Translations under genes and position numbers: made by a program | In this document: in pieces, positions 1 to 13,204 of the stretch | Numbering within the stretch: the first letter of the stretch is position 1 | How the letters are laid out: every line of letters starts with the position of its first letter | Notes under the pieces: generated by a model | Databases searched by the model: none | The model's input: only the letters and a program-made list of their open reading frames with translations | Told to the model about the DNA's origin: nothing | From: Hypanus sabinus | Taxonomy: Eukaryota | Direction of reading: 5' to 3' | DNA length: 64,000 bases | NCBI RefSeq assembly: GCF_030144855.1 | Contig: NC_082706.1 | Location: 42,470,001-42,534,000 of the forward strand

Positions 1-244
1 GAGGGATGTGGATGTGGGGTGGAGGGAGCGTGGGTGTAGGTGGGCAGAAGCATGCAGGGAAACCCCTGGAAGCTCGGTTCTTCTGACAGAGCTGATCACC
101 TGGGACTCCAACCACCAGTTCTGGTATAGATGAGTACCTGCGTACTGGAATGTTCTGTGACCGAGATGGTGCTCTTCCAGAGCTGTGTGGGTCCCTGCTG
201 ACCCACTGACTGCAGCAATGAGGGATCTTGAGTCCACCTGCTTC

Positions 245-945
245 AGAAGGGCGACCATCGTACCAGTGCCCAAGAGCAGGGCAAGCTGCCCCGCAACTAT
301 CATCTGGTAGCATTCACATCGACTGTGATTAAGTGCTTTGAGAGATTGCTCATAATTAGAATTAATTCCCGCCTGAGCAAGGACCTGGACCCACTGCAGT
401 TTGTCTATTGCCACAACAGATCTACAGCAGATGCAGTCTCACTGGTTCTCCACTCGGTCTGGACAACTGCAATACCTATGCCAAACTGCTGTTCATTGGT
501 TACAGTTCAGCAATCGACACCAACATCCACTCAGTATTAATCTAAACTCGGGCTTCTGGATCTGACATTCTCATCGGGGCACCTCCCTGTGAACAATCAA
601 GGATGCATGCTTAGCCAACTCCTCTACACAAGACTATGTGGCTAGGCACAGCTCCAATACCAGCTAGCAATGCCCCATTAAAAACGCTCACCATCTGGGA
701 CATGCCCCCTTCTCATTACTATCATCAGGAAGGAGGTAAAGGAGCCTGAATATTGACAATCGATGATTGAGGAACAGCTTCTTCTCCACCATCAGATTTC
801 CAAACAGACAGAACACTCACTACCTTACTATCCCTTTTATGTACTATTAATTTTTATAACTTGTCATAATTTGTCTTGCACTGTACTGCCACAAACTGAA
901 ATATTTCACAACTTAAGTCAGATAATAAACTTGATTCACATTCTG
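245..945 (+). mobile_element. Decayed Rex1/Babar-type LINE RT and 3' fragment
   Basis: ORF 325..540 reads KCFERL...LDPLQFVYCHNRSTADAVSLVLH, typical of Rex1 RT; ends near AATAAACTTGATTC. Boundaries approximate. Confidence 0.7.
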
Positions 946-1764
946 TATGTCTTAACCATTCACATACTTATTAGAATACTTTGTCAGTGTTGTGCAAGTC
1001 AATGTCTCAACCAACCACTCTAATACCATCCTCTGGGGCAAAATAATGGCCCTTCTGAACCTTCTTTAGCCCCTCTTCCTAAACAGATACCCATTAATTT
1101 TAGACATCTTTGCTGTAGTGAAGGTGACTCCTTATACACCCCCTCCCCCAACATACTGGTGTACACCTGTATCAGGTCACCCTCAGCCTCCTCTGCTCTC
1201 AACTCTTCCATCACTGGAGTGCTGTGATCCAGGTCAAAATCAAATCCTTCCTACAGTGAGGTGACCAGAACTGCACACAGTATTCGAGCTGTGGTTTGAC
1301 CAAGTGTTGGGTCATAACCAATTGTCTTAATTATTTTGTGCCCAAGTTGTTGCAGGCAAGGATTCCATGTGCCATCTTCAGTATCAGAATAGGATGTCGT
1401 CATATCTTGCAACAGCAGTATAGTCCAATACTGTAAACTTCAAAAGATAAATAAATTATGCCTCAGATTATTAATGGCATTCTGAATCTCAAACTAATGA
1501 AGAACATCTGCTGGTGTTCCTTCTTCAAGATCTCGGGCTAAATCGCCTGTGGTATTGGCACCCAGGTACCTGACACCGCTCGCCCTTGCACATCAACATC
1601 CCCCCCCCCCCACCTCCATGACAACTGGTGTGTGTTCTCCCAACTCCTCCCACCTCCCTCCCTGCAGTCCATAATCGTTTCCTTTGATTTGCAAATGTTG
1701 AATGCATTGTTTTTGCCACATCCGGGAGCCCGTGCTGCCACGTATTGGTGTGCTCCCACACTGT

Positions 1765-1912
1765 TGACGTCACCAAGCGTCACAATGCAACTCCCGCCAC
1801 ACTCGTTGAAACGTCACTGCCCCGTTGCAGAATCCGAATGAGAGCAACCCGGAAGGGTCAGCCCAATCGATTGATGACGTCACAGTATCCCGTCCCTACT
1901 GTCGTGACGTCA
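1765..1912 (+). promoter_or_regulatory. Proximal promoter of FAM187B-like gene 1 with a CRE cluster
   Basis: TGACGTCA at 1765-1772, 1875-1882 and 1905-1912; CGTCA half-sites at 1778 and 1812; CCGGAAG at about 1849; CCAAT at 1863; all within 200 bp of ATG 1964. Confidence 0.7.
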
Positions 1913-1963
1913 CCGGACACCTGAGTGATCGAGGCTGCCCCAGTCCGCGCACCCTCCTCCCCG

Positions 1964-3238
1964 ATGTACGGCCATGCTCCGCTGTTGCTGTCGCTGGCAA
2001 TGCTGGCGCTGCTTGGTGGCCTGCCACACCTGCTGGAACGGAACGGCGGCGTGGCCGAGTGCCCGGGGCCGGGGGGCGACTGGGACTGGGGCGCCGGCAG
2101 CGGGAGCGCGCCCTGCTCCCTGGCCTTCCTTTCGCACAACCCGCTGAGCCTGCACTGCCCGGGGGCGTCGGAAGCCGAGGAGGGCACGTTACACTGGCAG
2201 TACCTCAATTTGAATCGGTCGTCGGGATATCAGCCGTATACCATCGCCGGGCCGCGCGGCCTGCGCACCGTGCGGGGCCCGTTGGGCAAATTGGGCAGCC
2301 GAGCCACGATGCGCGGAGGCGTGCTGTTGCTGTCGCGGGCCTGGCCCTCTGACTCGGGACTCTACCTGTGCAAGGCGGGTGCCGCCACCCTGGCCGCCTA
2401 CCATGTTGACGTGCAAGACTCGGCGCTGCTGCACGTTTCGCACCGGGCGCTGGGCCAGGCTCCGCTGGGCAACCAGAGCGTGCAGCTGGCGCCCGGCCTC
2501 GCCACCCTCCACCTGCATACCCACTGGGCGCCCTGGCAGGACTGCGACCGCTGCGGGGCCGCCGGCGAGCGCAAGCGGCTCGGCTTCTGTTACGCGCTGC
2601 TAGTAGGAGTCGGCGATGAAGATGAAGAAGAATTAGAGGAAGAAGCAGAAGCCCTGCCATGTGGACTCATGCAACTGCGGCTCGGCGAGGCACTGCCCCG
2701 GCGCGGCCCGGAGATCCGCTATGAGACCTGCCGGCGTGCGTGCGCTGGGGACCGGAGCCTGGGCTTACCTGGGCCGACGGACACCGGCACCTCCCTCGAT
2801 TGGCTGCAGCCCCGCACGTTGCTCCTGGAAACGATGCTGCTGGAGCCGTACGAGGAGGCACGCATGACCTGCCCGGGCGCTTCCGTGTACACGCCCGTCT
2901 CCTGGCAACGTGACGCAGCTCCGCTCACCCGGCATGCGCTTCTGCACCCCTGCAAGGGCAGCCGCCATCGCCTGGACGACGCCACGGGCGGCGGGGTCTA
3001 CCGCATCGTCAGCGTGCGCGCCTCCGATAGCGGCGTCTATCGCTGCTGGGTACGCGGGCGCCGCGTCGCCGTCTTCCACCTCGAGCTACCCGAGCCACTG
3101 GCCGCGGACGGCAGCCGACGCCGAAACACCCGCCAGCTGCTCGCCATCGTCCGTGCCCTGATCGGCTCCTTCATCCTGGCCTTCACAGTTGGCGCGCTGG
3201 CCGAACTGCTGCACGCCTGCTGGTGCGAGATGATGTGA
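1964..3238 (+). CDS. FAM187B: FAM187B-like Ig-domain type I membrane protein, paralog 1 (424 aa, single coding exon)
   Basis: Uninterrupted GC/CpG-rich ORF; first ATG is 1964 (track start 1925 is GTG). Signal peptide, Ig domain (C...W...DSGLYLC), family block YHVDVQD..LHVSH..LGQ.PL.N and WAPWQDCDRCG..GERKRLGFCY, second Ig (CPGASVYTPVSW...DSGVYRC), C-terminal TM helix. These blocks match my recollection of FAM187B better than FAM187A. Confidence 0.85.
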   Translation: MYGHAPLLLSLAMLALLGGLPHLLERNGGVAECPGPGGDWDWGAGSGSAPCSLAFLSHNPLSLHCPGASEAEEGTLHWQYLNLNRSSGYQPYTIAGPRGLRTVRGPLGKLGSRATMRGGVLLLSRAWPSDSGLYLCKAGAATLAAYHVDVQDSALLHVSHRALGQAPLGNQSVQLAPGLATLHLHTHWAPWQDCDRCGAAGERKRLGFCYALLVGVGDEDEEELEEEAEALPCGLMQLRLGEALPRRGPEIRYETCRRACAGDRSLGLPGPTDTGTSLDWLQPRTLLLETMLLEPYEEARMTCPGASVYTPVSWQRDAAPLTRHALLHPCKGSRHRLDDATGGGVYRIVSVRASDSGVYRCWVRGRRVAVFHLELPEPLAADGSRRRNTRQLLAIVRALIGSFILAFTVGALAELLHACWCEMM

Positions 3239-6200
3239 CTTCAACCCCTCTTTCACCCGGGATCGAGAGGTGCAGAGGGTAGGTTTGGAGAGGGTGGTAC
3301 TGGGAATGCGGACAGAAGAACGGGGGTGCATTACAGAGACTTTGAGATGTGGGACTGCACCAGTGTCGCTGGACTGCATGGGTAGGGGCTTTTGGACTAA
3401 ACTGGGGAGGTTGGTGCATCCTTGAGTGTCCCACATGGGGAGAGGCAGGCATGCATTGACCCACCTGAGTGGTTGTGCGAGACACCAGAGTGTATTGGAG
3501 TGTCTGGGCGGATCCTTTGACAAAGGCAGACCCACATGAGGAGACGCCAGATGTCAGTGGCATCAGGGAGCTTTGTTGGAAAGGACCAGATGTGTTGGTG
3601 CAACTGTGCTGCATCAGAGAGACCAAGTAGCTTTGCTGCACGTTACATTGGGAGAATTGCCCTTGTCCCTGAAGGACAGTACTGCTGATCCGCCCAAGGT
3701 AGAACACAGCATTGGATGCATTGGTGTGAGTTTTCTGCATTGAAGGTACTGATTGAGCTGGCTGCAGCAGAGCTGGATTAGGGTGACTTTCTGAGCTGCA
3801 TTGACCACACTGGCATGCTGAGGTGCATTTGCAAACTGCATTGAGAACTGCTTTGAATGCAACTCCGTCAAGGGTGAGCACTGGTCGCCACTTTACTAGG
3901 CTGCATGGGAATCTCTGGAGAACAATTTCACTGCATCTACAGATGCACTGGAGAACCCCACTCCTGCTAGCAAAGCCACCTCGGGCAGCTTCTAGAGGAC
4001 AATCTCCTGGTGTCAGGCTGCGTCTTGCTCAAATTCTTCAGTAATGCACAGTCTCAACAGCACCTATGGGAGCTATTCTCAAGATCTTCCTGTGTGCTGG
4101 GGACCATACCCAGGACCCATTGGACAGGTGTCTCCATGCCCAAAGCCAGTTGGACCCTAATAATTGTTCTGAGCTCTGAAAGCACCTCGAAGGATGAGAC
4201 CGATTCCAAGATCCAGATATTGACACAGGATGCTTCTCCCAAGTTTAGATTTATAGACGGCTGCGATAACAGATTAAAACAACTTTGAGGTTCATGGACA
4301 TTTACAGTATGAGCAACTTATTTGTATGACTGGGGGCATCTGGGTGTTGGTGGGCACACAGTAATGGTGGAGTGAAAGTTCAAAAGTATTTACAGCAATC
4401 AAAACAGGCCAATTGGCCCAACCCATCTATTCTGATCAAGATGTCTGTTATCCTGTGTTTGGCCTATATCCCTCTAAACCAGATTTCCCAACCTTGTATA
4501 TGCTATGGACGAACACCATTAAGCAAGGGGTTCATGGACTCCAGGTTGGGAACCCCTGCTCTAAACTCTTCCTGTCTTTTAAATCTTATTGTACCACTTC
4601 CTCTGGCAGCTTGTTACATATACCCACTAGCACCTGTTCTTGGAGAGAAAGAACTTTTCCCCTCACCATAAACCTGCACCCTCCAGTTTTAGACTCACCT
4701 ACCCTGGGGGAGAAAAGTCTTAGCATCCAGCGTACCTACTCCCTTCATTGTTTTAAGAAGCTCTATAAGATCCTATTCAGCCTCCGTCACTCCAGGAGAA
4801 ACAACCCCAGCTTCTCCTTATAACTCAAGCCTTCCATCCAGGTAACATCTTCGTGAACCTTTCCTGCACCCTATCCAGCTTAATGACACCCTTCTTATCG
4901 CTGGGCAACCAGAGCTACACACAATACCCAAGTACAGTCTCACCAGCATCATGTAGAGCTGTAATGTGACGTCCCAACTCCTCTACTCTATGTCCTGAAT
5001 GATGAAGGCAAGCATGCTACATGCCTTATTCACCACCCAGTCTACATGAAGCTAGAAACGTACTTGTAAACCCTAGAATCTCTGTTCTGTTAAGAACAAC
5101 CCATCAGTAATTTGGAACTCCTGATTTAGTCTGAACTCTGGACCAGTACTTAAGACTGTGAACAGAACCAGATTCTGGATTCTGGGCCTGAAAGTGCAGC
5201 CAAATCCAGTGTCTGGTGTCCTGGTGTATTTTTGTCACTCTTTGCACTCAGTGGGTTCCCTCTACAATTTTATGTTCTACAGTGAAATATGTAAAATATA
5301 AATGAGATATAGGTGTGTTTGGCAATTAACAGTTGTAACATCCACTAGTTTGGAAATTCCCTATCCATTCCTCTCATAACTTTATAAACTTCTATGAGAT
5401 TTCCTCTTCACCTTCCACTGCTCCAGAGAAAACAACCAAATTTGTCTGATTTCTTCCTAAAACTCATGCTCTCTAAATCCAGACTGCATCCTGGAGAACC
5501 TCTTCTATACTCTCCAAAGCCTTTGCATCTTTCCTGTAATATGGTGACCAGAGCAAAAGGCAATACATGAAATGTGGCCTAACCAGAGTTTCAGAAAGCA
5601 GACACATTATTTCCCGATTCTTGAACGGGATTATCAAACCAGCTGCTGGAGGAAACATAGAAGATCGAGCAGCATCTGTTGGGGAAGGAGGGAGTTGTTG
5701 AGAGTTGCTGAAGCCCTGAATCAGGATGTGTCTCACAACCCTTCCCTCTTTTTCCTCTCTCTTTTTCTGCCTCCATCTATCATCCTCCTGCAGGTGTCGT
5801 CCAGCTACACCTGTTCAACCCTACCAAGCCCAAGCTGCCCATCATCTTGCAGTGGTTTCCCTAATTTAGCAGGTTAAGGAGGTTCGGCTTGTCGCTGAAC
5901 AGTCTAGCAAACTTCTACAGATGTTTTTTGAATGTGTTCGGACTGGTTGAATCATGATATGGTATGGCAGTTCCAATGTGCAGGAATATAAGAGGCTGCA
6001 GAGAGTTGTGAACTCAGCCCAGTACATCATGCTAACGTCCCTCCTCACCATTGCGAGTATCTACGTAAGGCACTGCCTCAATAGGTAACATCCATCTTCA
6101 AAGATCCCCACTTCTGGGACATGCCTTCTCTCAGCTTCCACTGGGCAGGAGGCATAGAGGTGAAGTCCCTGAAGTCCCACAACAGCAGGTTCAGGAACAG

Positions 6201-6925
6201 CTACTTCACTTCAGCCATTTGGTTCTTGACACAGCTGGTGAGGTGCTAATCACTACCTAAATATAGCAAAAATCTAAAATGATTTTATTTGTTCCAGTTG
6301 TTTCCTTGTAATTGATGTGCAATTCATATTTTCCTTGTGAATGTTGTGTCTCTGATACTCTGTGCCTATTATGTTGTTGCAAATAAGCTTTTCATTGCAC
6401 CTATGTAGACATGGACTTGTGTGTCTGACAATAAACCACGTTAACTTTAAGCAGAGAAGGCTGATGTAGGGACCTGATGGGGGTCCAGACAGTCACTCTT
6501 GCTGGATTTCAGCAAGAGCTGCCCCATGGCAGACAGTAGGAAGAAGGCAGCGTATACTCCTGTCGGGAAGCTGAGGTGAGAAGATGCAAAACTAGTTACA
6601 TTAGAATGGGTTAATAGAAGTATAAATGGCCTGTCCAATGTTCTAGAGTAATTCAGCACGTAAGTAGGCTCTTCATTCCATCAAGTCCTGCTGACCTCAG
6701 TCCCCCATGTGCACCCAATCCCATTACAATCTCCCCATATTGATGTCAATGACACAACTCCCCACACCCCACCCCCACAGAAACACAGATCAAAACCCTC
6801 ACCCACAGACTCGGGGGGGCAATACACAGCAGTGAATTAACCAATCATTCCTACATGTCTTTTGAATTTGTGATGTGGGAGGAAACCAGAGCACCCTGTG
6901 AAAACTGGGGCTCACAAGGAGCGCG

Positions 6926-6928
<3 letters not shown>

Positions 6929-6968
<40 letters not shown>
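6929..6968. repeat. (AC)20 microsatellite
   Basis: Directly visible. Confidence 0.95.
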
Positions 6969-6970
<2 letters not shown>

Positions 6971-8879
6971 CCAGTGACCCATCATTGGTGGGGTCTCTCT
7001 CTTTCTTCTCTGTTCCACTCTCGCACTCCATCTCTCCCCCCTCTCTCCCCCTCTCCTTTTCCCCCATCCTCTCTCCCCCCTCTCCCCTTTCTCTCTCTCT
7101 CTCCCTCTCGCAGATGTTAATTTGAAGCCGTTGTCTCTGGATCACTGTGGCACCTGCTCTACCCACTGCTCTGCTTTGGTGCTTTGAGGTGAAATCCAGC
7201 CAGGTGAGTGGATGAAGCAAAGAAGACACTGTGAAAAGTCAGGGAGTTTTGAGACCCAGCGCTGGGTGAAAGGTGGCCGGTGTTCACACTGGCTGAAAGC
7301 TTGAGAATGAGTTGGACTGGATCCCGACCGAGCAGCTGTGCAGAGCGGATCACCAGCTGTTGCTGCTCGTTCCCATTTGAACAGTGTATAGCAGAATAGG
7401 CTTGTGGTGAGAGGAGGGAGCAAGAAGAGAAAGGGAGAGAAGGAGAGGATGGGCATGGGAGATGGGGAAGGACGAGGGGGAGGGGAAGGTGGAAAGAGGA
7501 GGCTGGGCAGTTAGTGAGGTGGGAGGGTTGAAAGGGAAGAGGACAGGGGAAAGGATGAGAAAGATGAGAGAAGGATCAAGGGGCGTTTGGGGAAGGAGAG
7601 GGAAGGAGAAGGAAAGACCAAGACGGTGAAAGGATGCAAAGGATTAATAATTGAGTCTATGCATCATCATCACAATATGTCAATGCTCCACTCTCTTTTT
7701 CTCTGTCACTCTCCCACTCTCGTGTACTTCTGGCTCTTGTCCCTCTGGACAAAACCACGTTTTTATCCAACTGTGTTTTGAATATTGTTATTGTGTACGT
7801 GACTCTGGCCTCTCCACCACCCCTAGTGTCAAGAAGTTACCGCATCAGATCCTCTTTAAACCTTTCCCCTCTCATCTTAAACTTGTAACCTCTACTTTTT
7901 TTATTTGTCTCTTCCGAGAAGATGCTGTTCATTCACTCCGTCTGTGTTTTGTTCACTTCGAAAAGGTCACCCCACTGCCTCTTAAGCTCCAAGAAATACA
8001 CGCCTATCCTTCCCAATCTCTGCATCTAATTCAGGCCCTGAAACCTTCTTAGCATCTCCATAAACTTTCTCTGTAGCCTTTCCTATAAAAGGGTGACCAA
8101 ACTACACAGCGGCAGCCTCACCAATGTCTTGCACAGCTCATTGACCATCACTGAAAACGATGTCTGTCGCAAGTCGGTTTGCCCCCGTCGACCCGCACCA
8201 ATTCTTACAGACACTCCATAGAAAGCAACCCGTCCCGATCTTATCGATAGCGGGGTCAAGGGATATGGGGAGAGGACAGGAACGGGGTACTGATTGTGTA
8301 TGATCAGCCATGATCACAGTGAATGGTGGTGCTGGCTAGAAGGGCCGAATGGCCTACTCCTGTACCTACTGTCTACTGTCTATTACCGCATCGTACGACA
8401 ACTGCTCCGACTGTGACCGCACGTAACTGTAAAGAGTTCTGGACACATCACGGAAACCAGGCCTCGCTCCACTTCTCGCTGTTTGAGTAAAGCAGGCAAC
8501 ATGATTAAAAACCTCACCCCTCCCACCCCACGGACATTCCCTCTTCTCTCCCTCTCATCGGTCAGAAGATAAAAAAAACATATGTATCACCAGGCTCAAG
8601 GACAGCTCCTACCCTGCTGTTTTAGGATTTAACTGAACCTCTTCTACGAGCTTTTGTCTTCCTCATCTTTCAGATCCCTTCCCCTCCGACCTTTCCCACC
8701 CACCTGGCTTCATCCGTCACCTAGCGGTCCTCATTCCCAGGTCCCCTTTTTAATTCTGGCTTCTTCATCCTTTTCAATCCTAAAGAAGGGTCCCGCCTTA
8801 AAACGTCGACAGTATATCCTTTTCCATAGATGCTGACTGACCTGCTGATTTCCTGCAGTATTTTGTGTGTGTGACTTAC

Positions 8880-9030
8880 TAGCCAGCGGGTCTTCGAACT
8901 GTGGGAGGAAACCCACACGTTCTCGGGAAGGAATGTAGAAAGTCCTTACAGCATTGGAATTAAACCTCGAACTCCGACTCCCCGAGCTGTAATAGCGTCG
9001 CGCTAACCGCTATGCCACCGTAGCGCCTCC
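8880..9030 (-). mobile_element. tRNA-derived SINE fragment (V-SINE/HE1-like)
   Basis: Reverse complement begins GGCGCTACGGTGGCATAGCGGTTAGCGCGACGCTATTACAGCTC with A/B-box-like motifs, followed by TGTGGGTTTCCTCC. Confidence 0.65.
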
Positions 9031-10094
9031 AAGTGGCAAGAGACAGCAATAAATCAATTGCCTCTGTAATGCCTTCAGAAATTCACGCGTGTTGAGGATC
9101 AGTTTGCCATTCAAAAATAATATGGAGAAGGTAAGATATGAGGTAGGGGGAGAAAGTCAACGTCAAGTTTATTGTCAAGTCCATGTATGCACCGGTGCAA
9201 TGAATAACTCACCTGCAGCAGAGTCACAGTCACACAGAATCAGAGGCACAACATTCTCAAGAAAAACATAGCTGTATAATTATATTTTATATTATTTAAT
9301 ATGTCCATGTACAATATTTTTATGAATATAACATAGTAAACTCAAATTATACACCAATTTACAAGACCCCAAAAGCCCATTGTAGTGCAAAGTGGTTCTA
9401 GTATTGCTGTACTGAGGTAGTGATTAGGATTGTGCTAGTTGGTTCAAGAACCGAATGGCTGAATGGAAGTAGCTGTTCCTGGTGCTGTGGGACTTCAGGC
9501 TTCCGCACCAGCAATCTGGCTGATGGGAGCAGCGAGAAGACGGTACGGTTCAAATGGCGGGAATCTTTGCTTGTTAAAGCAGCGCCTCCTGGAGATTCTA
9601 CCGACAATGGGGAGGGATGTGCCCGTGATGTATTGGGCTGAGTCCACTCCACCCTGAAGTTTCCCAAGTTCCTGTGCCTTCGAATTGCCGTACCAGACCG
9701 TGACACAACCAGTCGGGATACTTTGAACAGGATATGTGTGGAAGTTTATACAAGTGTTCGGTGACAAGAGAAGGGGAGCGAGGTCTCCCGGAGTGCCGAC
9801 AGGTTGACTCGCTGTCGAGCTGAGCTGGATATTTTTAGTAGAAAATTGGGCGATTGAAATTAACACACTCAGGGAATATCAGAACCCGTGGAAGTATCAG
9901 TTGGTCGCAACGGATGTCCATAGTCGTGTTGGAGACACTGGGAGATGGTGAAAACTGTTTGGACGGTTTCGAGGCAGGAGGAGATACCACCAGTCAACGG
10001 ACTAGTCTAATCGCCAACAACAGGAACATTCTTCCTTCCACAATATTTAATCTAGACCGAACAAAACTCCTCAATGTTCAGTGACCTAATGCCA

Positions 10095-10405
10095 GGTCTC
10101 ACACCCCTCGGACTCCCTAGAATTAGATTCTAGTCTGGGACCGATCCAGCATCGGAAACTCAGTGGATAGACTCCTCGAAATCGGGCTGACCACTAGCCA
10201 ATCTACATATATAAACCCACAACCCCCTGGATTAGATCCTAGCCTATAAACAACTCCCGTCGATCTATAACATTCCATAACTCTCCCCACCCCCCGCGAC
10301 CCCCTGGATTAGATGTCAGCCTATAATCCTCTCCCAGAGATCCGTTATTCTATATATAAACCCCTGAACCCCTGGATGAAATCCCAGTCCGTGACCCACT
10401 CCCTG
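10095..10405. repeat. Degenerate ~65-bp tandem repeat block A
   Basis: Recurring CCCCTGGATTAGATCC-AGCC ... TATATAAACCCC units. Confidence 0.75.
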
Positions 10406-10414
10406 ATTTGTAAA

Positions 10415-13200
10415 AGACGCACAAAATCAAAAAGGGTCTGAAGGTGTTCTATTTGATTGTGCACAGTATACCGTATAAGGTAGATGAATTTGCAGCACAG
10501 TTTCAGTTTGGCAAGTTGATGTTGTAGGCATCACTGAACCGTGGCTGAAAGGTTACAGGTGGAAGCTTAATATTCAAGGATACAGATTGCACTGAATGGA
10601 CAGGCAGGAAGGCAGAGGGAGCAGCACTGCTCTGTTGTTAAAAAATGAAATCAAATCATTAGGAACAAGTGATATAGGGTTGGATGGTGTTGACTCATTG
10701 TGGACAGAGCCAAGGATCTGCAGGTGTAAAAATACCCTGATGGGAGTTGTATACAGACCCCCAAAGAGAGGTAAGGTTGCGGCCTACAAATTACAATGGG
10801 GATCGAAAGTACAAGCCAAAAGGGCAAAGTTACAATTGTCATGCGCAACTTCAATATGTGGGTAAATTGGGAACATCATGTTGGTGCTGGTTTCCAGGAG
10901 AGGGAATTTCTAGAGTGCCTCTGTGATGGCTTTTCAGAGCAGCTCGTGATCCCACCAGTGGATCAGCCATTCTAGACTGGGTGTTGTGCGATGAACTTAG
11001 AAAGCGAATGTGATCATAATGTTACTGAATTCACCCGGAAATTTGAGAAGGAGAGGCTAAATTCAGATGGCTCAGTATTTCAGCAGAGTAAAGGGAATTA
11101 CAGAGGCATGAGAAGGATGTTGGCCAGAACTGATTGGAAATGAATACTAGTAGTGATGACGGCACATTAGCAATGGGGGAAATTTCTGGAAGCAATGTGG
11201 AAGGCACAGGAGATATATATATTCCACAGAGGAAGAATTATTGTAAAGGAAAGATGACACAACCATGGCTTGTGTCATCTTAAAACCATTGAGAGGGCAT
11301 ATAATAGAGCAAAAATAGAGTGGTAAGAGGTTTAAGAAGCTTTTAAAAAACAACAGAAAGAAATTAAAAGGTCATGAAGAAGGTAAAGATGGAATATGAA
11401 AGTAAGCTAGCCAATGATATTAAAGAGGTTACCGAAAGTTTCTTCTGGTACATAAAGTGTAAAAGAGAAGCGAGAGTGGATATCGGACTGCTGGAAAACA
11501 ATGCTGGAGAGAAAGCAATGGGGCACAACAAGATGTTGGACAAATTGAAAAAGAATTTTGCGTCAGTTTTCAAAGTGGAGGACTCTAGCAGTGTAGTGGA
11601 AATTCCAGGTGTCAGGGGGCATGAAGTGAATGAAGTTACAATAACTAGAGAAAAGGTTCTTGGGAAACTAAAAGGTCTGAAGGTAGATAAGTCACCTGGA
11701 TTAGACGGCGTGCACACCAGAGTTCTGAAAGAGGTGGCTGAAGAGATCGTGGAGGCAATAGTAATGATCTTTCAGGATTCACTAGATTCTGCAATGGTTC
11801 TGGAAGAATGGAAAATTGCAGATATCACTCCACACTTGAAGAAGGGGGAGAGGCAGAAGAAAGGAAACTATAGGCCAGTTAGTTTAACCTCTGTGGATGG
11901 GGAGTTGTTGGAGTTGATTATTAAGGATGATATCTCAGACTATTTGGAGGCACGTGATAAAACAGGCCCTACTCAGTATGGTTTCCTCAAAGGGAAATCT
12001 TGTCCGATAAATCTGTTGGAAGTCTTTGGAGAAATAACAAGCAGGATAGACAAAGGAGGATCTGTTGATGTTCTGTACTTGGATTTTCAGAATGCATTTG
12101 ACAAGTTGTTACACATTAGGCTGCTTACAAAGCCATGAACCCATGATGTTACAGGAAAGATTCTAGCATGTTTAAAGCAGTGGCTGATTGGCAGTAGGCA
12201 AAGGGTGGGAATGGAGGGAGCCTTGTCTGACTGGATGCCACTGATAAGTGATGTTCCACAGGGGCCTGTGCCGGGACTGATACTTTTTACGTTACATATC
12301 AATGATTTGGATGATGGAATTGAGAGCTTTGTTGCAAAGTTTGAAGATAAGTTGAGTGGCAGTTAGTAGGGAGGCTACAGAAGGACTTAGATAGATCAGG
12401 AGAATGGGCAAAGAAATGGCAGATGGAATACAATGTCAAAAAGTGTTTGCGCTTTGGCAGAAGAAATGAAAAGGTTGAATATTTTCTAAATGGAGAGAAA
12501 ATACAAAAAAAAAACTGAGATGCAAAGGGCCTTGGAAGTCCTTACACAGCATTTCCTTAAGGTTAATTTGCAGGTTGAATCTGTGATGAGGAAGACAAAT
12601 TCAATGTTTGCATTCATTTCAAGAGGAGTAGATCAAAGCAAGGATGTAACGTTGAAACATTATAAAGCGCTGGTGAGACCTCAAAAGGAGTATTGTGAGT
12701 ATGTTTGGACCCCTTATCTGAGAAAAGATGTACTGAAACTGGAGAGGGTTCAAAGGAAGTTCACTGAAATTATTCTAGGATTGAATAGCTTTTCATACGA
12801 AAAGTGTTAGATGGCTCCGGGCCTGTTTTCACTAGAATTCAGAAATATCAGCGGTGACTTAATTGAAATCTATATAATGGTGAAAGGCCTTGATGTGGTG
12901 GACGTGGAAGAGTCTAGACCAGAGGGTTCAGCTTCAGGATTGAGGGACATCCTTTTAGAATGGAGATGAGGAGGAATTTCTTTAGCCAGAGAGTAGTGAA
13001 TCAGTGGAATTCTTTGGTAGCTGTGGAGGACAAGTTTTATGTACATTTAAGGCAGAGATTGAGAGATTCTGGATTGGTCAGGGCTTGAAGGATTATGGCG
13101 CGAAGACAGGAGTTTGGGGCTGAGAGGAAAATTGGATTAGCCATAATTAAATAGCGTAGCAGACTCGATAAGCCAAATGGCCTATTTTTGCACCTATATC
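10415..13200 (+). mobile_element. CR1 LINE, near-complete degenerate ORF2 (APE endonuclease and RT) with 3' end
   Basis: ORFs 10596..10865 (GVVYRPP), 11374..12138 (DKSPGLDGVH, GNYRPVSLTS, YLDFQNAFDK) and 12490..12810 (YKALVRP, LERVQRKFT); many stops and frameshifts. Confidence 0.9.
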
Positions 13201-13204
13201 TACG

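Noticed and set aside
1825-3535. Many overlapping and antisense ORFs over FAM187B-like gene 1 (similarly at 14502-15755 and 62145-62911)
   Set aside because: Stop-poor shadow frames of GC-rich coding sequence with no recognisable motifs.
3183-3881. 232-aa minus-strand ORF
   Set aside because: Non-ATG start, no domain, and no splice or compositional support.
7114-7203. Exon-like segment with strong acceptor and CAG|GTGAGT donor
   Set aside because: Stops occur in all three frames and the pyrimidine tract is a CT low-complexity repeat; a non-coding exon cannot be excluded.
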